DNA of 40,825 nt from Escherichia phage vB_EcoS_fKuEco01: sequence record MT711525.1; one strand, written 5' to 3'. The position numbers were made by a program, and so were the translations under genes. Shown here piece after piece: positions 34,645 through 40,825 of this stretch. The notes under the pieces were generated by a model. The model was not told the DNA's origin, made no database searches, and worked only from the letters and a program-made list of their open reading frames with translations. Within the stretch, counting starts at the first letter, position 1; each line of letters starts with the position of its first letter.

Positions 34645-34830
34645 ATGTTTAAACGTGGTCAGTTGGTTAAATGCGCCGACGATAAACACGGCATAATTGA
34701 ATTAAAATCTGCTTTATTTCCAGGAAAGTACGTAGTTACCGTGCAAAATGTGAGAGGAGTAAATTCACAAATATACGTAGCGGAGGAGAACTTAAAACTC
34801 ATCGGCAACAATTTTAAATTTAAAGGGTGA
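34645..34830 (+). CDS. hypothetical early protein (AT-rich)
   Basis: ATG 34645 after GAGGAG; track ORF starts at GTG 34636. Confidence 0.45.
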   Translation: MFKRGQLVKCADDKHGIIELKSALFPGKYVVTVQNVRGVNSQIYVAEENLKLIGNNFKFKG

Positions 34831-34834
34831 AGTG

Positions 34835-35035
34835 ATGGAAGAATTATTTGAAGAACTGAAACATCATGATTTCGAGGAAATATATTTCGTAGCTGAACGC
34901 TACGAGGTGCATCTGGCGGACGGTATAACGGTTATTACATCTACCAGCGAGCGAATGTTAAATAGCTTACGAGCAATACGAACGGCATCGAATCATGATG
35001 CTTGTGCCGACGACTCTGAGGGAGGTTGCCGTTAA
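34835..35035 (+). CDS. hypothetical early protein
   Basis: 66-aa ORF with RBS. Confidence 0.45.
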   Translation: MEELFEELKHHDFEEIYFVAERYEVHLADGITVITSTSERMLNSLRAIRTASNHDACADDSEGGCR

Positions 35036-35214
35036 TGCGAATCCGTATAACTGACCGCAGGCTTATCCGTATAACTGACCGCAGGCTTATAGATTTCTGT
35101 ATCTCGGTAGGTGATGTTTTTCCGGCGTTCAGCATCAACCATTATGGTTTTATGATTGAGTACAAAGGGTCGTTATTGTTCGTGTATCGGGATGAATGTG
35201 AGGTTCTGGTATGA
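35035..35214 (+). CDS. hypothetical protein containing an in-frame 24-bp tandem duplication
   Basis: ATG overlaps upstream stop (TAATG); repeat encodes IRITDRRL twice. Confidence 0.35.
   Translation: MRIRITDRRLIRITDRRLIDFCISVGDVFPAFSINHYGFMIEYKGSLLFVYRDECEVLV
35043..35090. repeat. exact 24-bp tandem duplication (CCGTATAACTGACCGCAGGCTTAT x2)
   Basis: two perfect adjacent copies read from the sequence. Confidence 0.9.
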
Positions 35215-35366
35215 GAGAAGCATTTGAACGGTGGGCTGTGGTCGAGGGTCTGCCGGTTAACAAGGGTTCAAAGAAAGAGTACCTGAACGTTAAGACGCGT
35301 CTCGCGTGGCGGGCGTGGAAAGCTGGTGTGCAATCCTTGATTGAAAGAGGTGTGAGGTATGGGTGA
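35211..35366 (+). CDS. hypothetical protein
   Basis: 51-aa ORF coupled to neighbours by overlapping stop/start. Confidence 0.35.
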   Translation: MREAFERWAVVEGLPVNKGSKKEYLNVKTRLAWRAWKAGVQSLIERGVRYG

Positions 35367-35559
35367 GTGGATTAAGTGTAGTGAGATGCTGCCGGGTAAT
35401 GGGTATACGGATAAAGAGTTCCTGGTGTATGAAACGTTAAATAACGCAGTTCAGCACGATTATTACATAGTTCCTGATGACGGGAGAAAGCCTTTCTGGA
35501 ATCACTACGATAAGTACGTGACGCACTGGATGCCGTTACCCGAGCCGCCAGAAGTGTGA
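35359..35559 (+). CDS. hypothetical protein (possibly DUF551-like)
   Basis: 66 aa; C-terminal HWMPLPEPP motif. Confidence 0.45.
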   Translation: MGEWIKCSEMLPGNGYTDKEFLVYETLNNAVQHDYYIVPDDGRKPFWNHYDKYVTHWMPLPEPPEV

Positions 35560-35693
35560 TGTTCAATAGTTTGGGATTTTACTGAGTGACTTACGCTGCT
35601 ACACAGCAGCGTACAACTTTAACTTAGTGTCGTCAAAAGGCGACACTTTCATCAAACGCAACAATCGAAGCGACTATTGCAGGAGATGCAACA

Positions 35694-35867
35694 ATGATTA
35701 CTAAAGAACAGGCTGAACGACTAATCACGTTAATCGACACGATGGTTGATGCTAAAACCGATTTAGCAACGGCGACAGAGGAATCCGCTACCTGGTCGCT
35801 TGAAGAAAGAGAAGCAGAAGCGGAAAGGGAGTTACTGGCGTTCATCGACTCTATAACACACCAATAA
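35694..35867 (+). CDS. hypothetical protein
   Basis: 57-aa ORF with AGGAG RBS; below the ORF-track cutoff. Confidence 0.4.
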   Translation: MITKEQAERLITLIDTMVDAKTDLATATEESATWSLEEREAEAERELLAFIDSITHQ

Positions 35868-35874
35868 AATTTAC

Positions 35875-35903
35875 TTGCACACTGGGATAGAATAGGCTAC
35901 TAT
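35875..35903 (+). promoter_or_regulatory. early-type promoter TTGCAC-17-TACTAT with conserved leader
   Basis: matches the unit at 34582-34610 including the AACGAGAGGAG leader. Confidence 0.55.
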
Positions 35904-35933
35904 TCATTTACACAAACGAGAGGAGAGACAGAG

Positions 35934-36071
35934 ATGGGCTGGTACGGTAGCTGTACTTTAGGCGAACTGTTAGATGCTTACGAAATAATGGGTAGCACTT
36001 CGGTGTGTGACGGCGACACTAAATCGCTGCTAGTCGGGGTGGATGAGAAAAGGGGTGAAGCTGATGAGTAA
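35934..36071 (+). CDS. hypothetical protein
   Basis: 45-aa ORF with GAGGAG RBS. Confidence 0.3.
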   Translation: MGWYGSCTLGELLDAYEIMGSTSVCDGDTKSLLVGVDEKRGEADE

Positions 36072-36609
36072 CAAAAACGAAATATTTGAGTACCTGATCG
36101 ACCAGCTACGGCAGCAGGTAAATAACAGCCGGAGCGAAGACCTGGCGCATGAGGTGCAGTCACTTAAGAATCAGTTACGTGATGCGTCGGCGCAGATTAA
36201 GGAGTTGCGGGAAGACAACATTAAGAAATCTGAGCACATATCGCACCTGACAGGGCAAGTTAAGGAGTTGCATCTGGCATTGGTCGAGGCTACTGGTGAC
36301 GTGGAGGCATACAAACTTATCCGCAAAGGTGCGTACGGTTCGGAGCAATCTGGTTGCCGAAAAGAAGATACGCAGGAATGTGACCACAATTGGATTATCG
36401 CTCCAGGATTGTTTATTGCCGAAGGCCACAAGGACAACGTGCCCGGTAGCCGGTTTTGCTGCGAATGCGGCAAGCGTGAGTGGGACGGACTTGAGTATGG
36501 GCCAACAGCCTGTACACGGGAGTGCAAACACAGTTTCTATTATGTAATAACAGATGGCTCCGCGCCGTTCGGTACGAAAGTATGTAAAACGTGCGGGGAA
36601 TACTTCTGA
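36064..36609 (+). CDS. coiled-coil protein with C-terminal Cys-rich zinc-ribbon-like region
   Basis: N-terminal heptad-rich half; C-terminal CDHNW, CCECG, CTRECKH and CKTCG cysteine groups. Confidence 0.5.
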   Translation: MSNKNEIFEYLIDQLRQQVNNSRSEDLAHEVQSLKNQLRDASAQIKELREDNIKKSEHISHLTGQVKELHLALVEATGDVEAYKLIRKGAYGSEQSGCRKEDTQECDHNWIIAPGLFIAEGHKDNVPGSRFCCECGKREWDGLEYGPTACTRECKHSFYYVITDGSAPFGTKVCKTCGEYF

Positions 36610-36812
36610 TGACCAGCATCTTATTTATCTGGGTACTGTCGGCGGGCCAGATGCAACTAGCGGCATCGGAAACGTTTTATTCGATGGAGGCGTGCCAGTC
36701 CGCGGCACGCGCCGCAGAGAACGCACACTTCCTGTTTCAGGGTGACAAGCCCAACGATTCAGAGGTACGCGCTATCTGCTCACCTAAGCGACTTGGGAAA
36801 CAGGAGAAGTGA
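36609..36812 (+). CDS. small secreted or membrane-anchored protein
   Basis: 67 aa with hydrophobic N-terminal signal-like segment and two Cys. Confidence 0.4.
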   Translation: MTSILFIWVLSAGQMQLAASETFYSMEACQSAARAAENAHFLFQGDKPNDSEVRAICSPKRLGKQEK

Positions 36813-36814
36813 TT

Positions 36815-37021
36815 ATGGTACAGAGATATGATTTAACAGAAGACTGCGTGAGTGGCACGGTAGATATAACGCCTGTCCCGGACTCGCATGAAGGGCGTTA
36901 TGTGGCCTACGAAGATTACGCGAAACTGGAGCGCAAACTGCGTGAGCTTGCTAAGCAGGTAGTAAACAGTCCGTGCGACTGGAAGACGGATGAATTGGCG
37001 CGCGAGATTCTCGGAATATGA
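36815..37021 (+). CDS. hypothetical protein
   Basis: ATG 36815 after CAGGAG. Confidence 0.45.
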   Translation: MVQRYDLTEDCVSGTVDITPVPDSHEGRYVAYEDYAKLERKLRELAKQVVNSPCDWKTDELAREILGI

Positions 37022-37311
37022 GCCTGGCAACTGACATCCTGAAACGAAGCGGCCTTGCGCCGCTGTCGCCGAGAGCTAAAACACAGATATACAAGCGCCG
37101 CCGTAACGCGCTGTACCCTGAGATTCAGGCCCGACGCAAAGCTATCCGCGCCTGTGGCTTCCAGAACGGGAAGGCCGTGAATCTCGGTGAGTTCAAAACA
37201 CAGGAACGTGCAGCTATAGCTAATCGGTTATTTAATTACTGGAAATCGCTTGGATACGATGATATTCCGACGAAACCACAGAGACGACAATACATCTGGA
37301 GACATAAATAA
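37018..37311 (+). CDS. hypothetical basic protein
   Basis: 97-aa ORF. Confidence 0.45.
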   Translation: MSLATDILKRSGLAPLSPRAKTQIYKRRRNALYPEIQARRKAIRACGFQNGKAVNLGEFKTQERAAIANRLFNYWKSLGYDDIPTKPQRRQYIWRHK

Positions 37312-37341
37312 ACCGTTATTAAGATAATTCCTAACCGTGCT

Positions 37342-37381
37342 ATCCTCCAGTTACTGCATACTTAATACGCACCTGGAGGAT
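37342..37381 (+). promoter_or_regulatory. RNA hairpin predicted to sequester the holin ribosome-binding site
   Basis: 9-bp inverted repeat ATCCTCCAG / CTGGAGGAT; right arm contains the GGAGGA Shine-Dalgarno of the TTG-start holin gene. Confidence 0.45.
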
Positions 37382-37386
37382 TCATC

Positions 37387-37695
37387 TTGGATAAATTTAC
37401 TGAAACAGTGACAGGCTGGCTTCTCGCTGCCGCACTAGCCGGAGGGGTTATCGGACTACGACAACATAAGTCCGTTATTTCCGGCCCTATCGACGGCTTC
37501 TGCTTCATTGCAACTGGCTTCACTTGCGCCGTATTTGGTGCGCCTCTCGCGGCTCAATGGTTCGGTATTACCGGTGAGCGCGAGATAGCTGGCCTTGGCT
37601 TCATCATCGCTATTCTCTGGATGCCTATCTATTCCCGTCTCTCCAGTATCGTCGCTGGAGAATACATCGCGCGTCGAGGAGGCACAGATGAATGA
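37387..37695 (+). CDS. holin-like membrane protein
   Basis: 102 aa with three hydrophobic segments; TTG start; directly upstream of second membrane protein and endolysin. Confidence 0.5.
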   Translation: MDKFTETVTGWLLAAALAGGVIGLRQHKSVISGPIDGFCFIATGFTCAVFGAPLAAQWFGITGEREIAGLGFIIAILWMPIYSRLSSIVAGEYIARRGGTDE

Positions 37696-37960
37696 GTTAT
37701 TCTGGTTCGGCGGTATGCTGGCAATCGGCGGCACATCGCTGTTTAATGTATACCCTCCGAGCGTGGATGACGGGCTGTTTGGTCGGGTGCTCTATATCCT
37801 GACTGCTATCGTCTGCGCTGCCGGATGTATCCACCTGTTACAGGGCAGCATGTCACCAACGCTGCCTGAGACATTAATCACATTAGTTGCGCTGCGCCAG
37901 ATTCGTCAGGCGTGGTTGTCATACGGAGGATATAAGCGTGTCTCGAAATATTTCAGATAA
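37688..37960 (+). CDS. second small membrane protein of the lysis cassette (holin or antiholin candidate)
   Basis: 90 aa, two hydrophobic segments; GAGGAGG RBS. Confidence 0.45.
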   Translation: MNELFWFGGMLAIGGTSLFNVYPPSVDDGLFGRVLYILTAIVCAAGCIHLLQGSMSPTLPETLITLVALRQIRQAWLSYGGYKRVSKYFR

Positions 37961-38426
37961 TGGATTGCATTTTACCGCTGCATTTGAGGGATTCCGCGGA
38001 ACTGCGTATCGTGCTACGCCGAACGAGAAGTACCTGACTATAGGCTATGGTCACTATGGGCCGGACGTAACACCCGGCAAGACCATCACCCCCGGACAAG
38101 GCCTCCTGTTACTGAATCGCGATATGGCTAAGGCCGTAGCTGCGGTCGATGCAGCAGCACACCATTCGCTGACACAGGCACAGTTCGACGCTGTGTGCGA
38201 CCTGGTCTATAACGCAGGTGCTGGTGTGATAGCAGCTACTACCGGAACCGGTAAGGCGCTGCGTTCGGGTGATATTACGACGCTGCGGGCTAAGCTGGCG
38301 CTGTTCATCAACCAGAACGGCAAACCGTTACTTGGCCTGCGTCGCCGTACCGCAGGACGTCTGGCATTGTTCGACGGTAAACCGTGGCAGGAGGCTGAGG
38401 CAATCGGGCGTGCGGTGAAAGGTTGA
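37938..38426 (+). CDS. endolysin, lysozyme (glycoside hydrolase family 24-like)
   Basis: resembles P22 gp19-type lysozymes as recalled; GTG start 37938 after GGAGGA; track ORF starts upstream at 37887. Confidence 0.75.
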   Translation: MSRNISDNGLHFTAAFEGFRGTAYRATPNEKYLTIGYGHYGPDVTPGKTITPGQGLLLLNRDMAKAVAAVDAAAHHSLTQAQFDAVCDLVYNAGAGVIAATTGTGKALRSGDITTLRAKLALFINQNGKPLLGLRRRTAGRLALFDGKPWQEAEAIGRAVKG

Positions 38427-38490
38427 CACCTAAGACCAATCAGACGATACTTAAATCACCTCCTGTTCCATCCCTCTGCTCTCCAGTTTT

Positions 38491-38522
38491 ATCCCGGCCC
38501 TGACCCAGCCGGGATTTTTTTT
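38491..38522 (+). terminator. strong rho-independent terminator after lysis cassette
   Basis: ATCCCGGC ... GCCGGGAT hairpin followed by eight T. Confidence 0.8.
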
Positions 38523-38544
38523 ATCTGTCTTCTGTAATGGCTAG

Positions 38545-38573
38545 TTGACTATTACCTTAGACCCTATTATATT
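38545..38573 (+). promoter_or_regulatory. sigma70 promoter TTGACT-17-TATATT
   Basis: near-consensus hexamers upstream of the ORF at 38607. Confidence 0.55.
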
Positions 38574-38606
38574 TACTCCATCGACAACGAGAACGGAGTA
38601 GAGAAA

Positions 38607-38756
38607 ATGAAAATCACAGACATCGAAGCATTCAAAGACGCACAACTGATGGCACGCATCGCCGTTAGTAACCTGAGCAACAGCATTCCAGCGGACGCGT
38701 TCTGGTTCGCTGCGATGCAGACACTTAAAGCAGCTTACGCAGGAGAGAAGAAATGA
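38607..38756 (+). CDS. hypothetical protein
   Basis: 49-aa ORF. Confidence 0.4.
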   Translation: MKITDIEAFKDAQLMARIAVSNLSNSIPADAFWFAAMQTLKAAYAGEKK

Positions 38757-38911
38757 GCGAGTCAGAAGGAAATATCACGACACCATCCGCCGGGAAGAAA
38801 GTCAACCGCACCCCGTTCCCGACACGAGAGGAACTGATGAAACGTAACAGTTTCCCTGGGCCGGACAAGAACAAGTATCTTAATCGCATGTGGGGAGAGC
38901 GTAAAGAATGA
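38753..38911 (+). CDS. hypothetical protein
   Basis: 52-aa ORF, overlapping ATGA junctions with both neighbours. Confidence 0.4.
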   Translation: MSESEGNITTPSAGKKVNRTPFPTREELMKRNSFPGPDKNKYLNRMWGERKE

Positions 38912-39093
38912 CTGACCGCGAATACGAAAAGATGATGGTAGAGGCTGTTAACGGCGGCGTAGACATCGGACACGTGATGCACGTCCTGAATACTAAAATC
39001 GCGGTAGCTGAGCAAATGGTTGAGTCGCTTTATGAGACGCGCCGTGAACTGATTAACCGCTTCAACCTGAACAAAGGTGACACCAATGCCTAA
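38908..39093 (+). CDS. hypothetical protein
   Basis: 61-aa ORF. Confidence 0.45.
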   Translation: MTDREYEKMMVEAVNGGVDIGHVMHVLNTKIAVAEQMVESLYETRRELINRFNLNKGDTNA

Positions 39094-39334
39094 AATCACA
39101 ATCGCATCGCTCGAGCGCCGTATTCTGGTGCTTGAGTCGGAGAAACAGACGTTAGGCGGGCAACTGTCAATTAACGGTGAGTACCAGTTAGCCGCATTTA
39201 AGGTTCTTCTCATGTTGTTGAGAGGAGAAGAGGAAAAGATGAACGCCTGCGAGCATGATTACCGCCTGCATTTAGTTGATGGGGTGCATCGAGCCACATG
39301 CTTAAAATGCGGTAAAGCGTATGAAAGCGCCTGA
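39086..39334 (+). CDS. hypothetical protein with Cys/His zinc-finger-like motif
   Basis: ATG 39086; CEHDY ... CLKCG motif; track start is GTG 39077. Confidence 0.45.
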   Translation: MPKITIASLERRILVLESEKQTLGGQLSINGEYQLAAFKVLLMLLRGEEEKMNACEHDYRLHLVDGVHRATCLKCGKAYESA

Positions 39335-39503
39335 ACCCGTAGTTATCGATGGCGTCCTGTGGAAACCATACTCGGTTAACCACATCGACGCCGACGGGAA
39401 GAAGTTCAGCTTCTACATTTTTGCAATTAGCCGTGAGCACGCCGCCTGTGTGGTCGATGATATACGAGAAACGGCGTGGCTCGGTGATGAGATAGTGGGG
39501 TGA
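39321..39503 (+). CDS. hypothetical protein
   Basis: 60-aa ORF. Confidence 0.45.
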   Translation: MKAPEPVVIDGVLWKPYSVNHIDADGKKFSFYIFAISREHAACVVDDIRETAWLGDEIVG

Positions 39504-39505
39504 AT

Positions 39506-39676
39506 ATGTTCAGTGACATCAACGCAGCAATCGAAGAGGCAATCTGGCGTCGTTACAACGGCGAGCAACAACGGCACTTTTGCCTGGTGCAACGCGGTAA
39601 CATGGTTGCCGTAGTGCAGGACCGCGATAACAAATATCCGAATGCGATGTGGACAACGAGGAATTTCTTAGGATGA
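39506..39676 (+). CDS. hypothetical protein
   Basis: 56-aa ORF. Confidence 0.35.
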   Translation: MFSDINAAIEEAIWRRYNGEQQRHFCLVQRGNMVAVVQDRDNKYPNAMWTTRNFLG

Positions 39677-39909
39677 TTACCAGCATTCCAAACCTGATTA
39701 AAGAATACGGCACGATGGCTGAGACATGCCGACAAACCGGCATCAACGAAATGACGGTTGCCAAGTACAGCAAAGACGTTAACTGCGAGCGCCATGTAAT
39801 TTATAACAATCGTCTGATGACGCACGTTAAGACAAGCCCGGTGTTATTCACGCGCAGGGGTATTACTAAAACAGAGCAACGTATTGCTAAAGAGGGGAGT
39901 GGGGAATGA
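39673..39909 (+). CDS. hypothetical protein
   Basis: ATG overlapping upstream stop; track ORF starts at GTG 39649. Confidence 0.45.
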   Translation: MITSIPNLIKEYGTMAETCRQTGINEMTVAKYSKDVNCERHVIYNNRLMTHVKTSPVLFTRRGITKTEQRIAKEGSGE

Positions 39910-40064
39910 TTAGTATTCTGGAGTTCATCGACAACCAAGTTTGGTACGAGCCAGAGTTAAATAAGTATTCAGTTAATGGGAAAATATTTCGGCGCAAAGG
40001 CCAGGCAGAGCGTTACGCAGCTAAACTATACCGTCAGCTTGTCAAGGATGGTTTCTTCAAATGA
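39906..40064 (+). CDS. hypothetical protein
   Basis: 52-aa ORF. Confidence 0.4.
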   Translation: MISILEFIDNQVWYEPELNKYSVNGKIFRRKGQAERYAAKLYRQLVKDGFFK

Positions 40065-40165
40065 GACTACTAATCATCCCTAACGCCCGGGCCATTCCCG
40101 TAGCTAACGACCATTACGGCGGCGACGGTAAAAGAGCACCACGCCACGGCCTATACAACTGATAC

Positions 40166-40188
40166 AAGCCCTCTACCGAGGGCTTTTC
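40166..40188 (+). terminator. terminator hairpin AAGCCCTC-TACC-GAGGGCTT with T-run
   Basis: 8-bp stem followed by TTTT. Confidence 0.6.
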
Positions 40189-40283
40189 TGTACATCCTGC
40201 CCAATCACCCTATATAATCCCTTTAGACGCGTAGGGCGCGTCTGGTGCGCTCTGATGGTCAGACGCATATGCAAGGGGATTAT

Positions 40284-40825
40284 ATGAAGCTGAAACTCAA
40301 GCAGCCATCGCCAGAGGTGATGCAAGCTGCACATGAAGAAGCTGTTAGCGCAAACCGCCGACGTAAACGACAGCGTGGGAAACAGAGCCTTTATCAATCG
40401 TCCCGTAATTCCGCCGCGTTGTGGGACCCGGACTATTGCGACGCGTTAATCGAGTTCTTCGACCGTACGTCGTGGGAACTTGTGCCTACGTCCAAGGGTG
40501 ACGAACGTCCGCTGATTCAGGATAAACCGCCGTCACTGGCCCGCTTCGCCTCACACATCGGCGTAACTATCCCGATTATTAAGCTGTGGCTGCGTGAGAT
40601 TCCCGCATTTGCAGAAGCCTATGAAACAGCACAGGCGCTGGAAGAGGCATATTTCACTGAGACAGGGGCCGCGGGCATCTCTGCTACGTTCGCCGCAGCT
40701 AAACTGGGCCTCGGTAAAGAGAAACCAGTCGAATCCACCGAAGAAACGGCACCGACTGAGATTATTTTTAGTGTTGCAGAGCCTGTAGGTAAAATTGTAA
40801 CAACGAATATGGGTGAGGTAGAGGA
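40284..40825 (+). CDS. terS: terminase small subunit (3'-truncated by window end)
   Basis: ORF open to the last base; helix-rich protein with HTH-like segment; immediately upstream of terL in the permuted map; alternative ATG at 40269. Confidence 0.5.
   Translation, partial: MKLKLKQPSPEVMQAAHEEAVSANRRRKRQRGKQSLYQSSRNSAALWDPDYCDALIEFFDRTSWELVPTSKGDERPLIQDKPPSLARFASHIGVTIPIIKLWLREIPAFAEAYETAQALEEAYFTETGAAGISATFAAAKLGLGKEKPVESTEETAPTEIIFSVAEPVGKIVTTNMGEVE

Noticed and set aside
35043-35090. Possible CRISPR-like array
   Set aside because: Only two directly adjacent copies with no spacers; no cas genes. It is a simple tandem duplication.
1-40825. tRNA genes or other known structured RNAs in intergenic regions
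   Set aside because: No cloverleaf-compatible sequence with a conserved T-loop was recognised by eye; a tRNAscan-SE or Infernal run would be needed to be definitive.

Overview
The window reads as a nearly complete, linearly permuted genome of a tailed dsDNA phage with a siphovirus-type structural module. It starts at the terminase large subunit and ends inside a 3'-truncated terminase small subunit. Plus-strand late genes run from about 1 to 22.7 kb: terminase, portal, Mu-F-like head morphogenesis protein, an overlapping Rz/Rz1 spanin pair, scaffold, major capsid, head-tail proteins, major tail protein, a tail chaperone pair with an apparent -1 frameshift, tape measure, minor tail proteins, a J-like tip protein, and a tailspike carrying sialidase Asp-boxes plus a C-terminal chaperone domain. 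A minus-strand replication module spans 22.7-34.2 kb: SNF2 helicase, C5 cytosine methyltransferase, VRR-NUC, family-A DNA polymerase, SSB-like protein, Cas4-like nuclease, primase-helicase and HTH regulators. Plus-strand small early genes and a holin/endolysin cassette occupy 34.6-40.1 kb. The gene order and endosialidase-type tailspike suggest a K1-capsule-specific coliphage of the Guernseyvirinae/Kagunavirus kind; this is inference from memory, not a search result. No tRNA, rRNA, CRISPR array, integrase or transposase was recognised. The most unusual features are (1) two copies of a roughly 110-nt conserved RNA element, each directly downstream of a near-consensus sigma70 promoter and followed by a terminator-like hairpin, and (2) a four-gene minus-strand island inside the tail module, driven by an early-type promoter, encoding an Imm-like membrane protein, an HTH-metallophosphoesterase, a T4 Pnkp-like HAD phosphatase and a dNMP-kinase-like P-loop kinase. 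Coordinates of hand-found features were indexed against the ORF track; functional calls rest on motifs read by eye.
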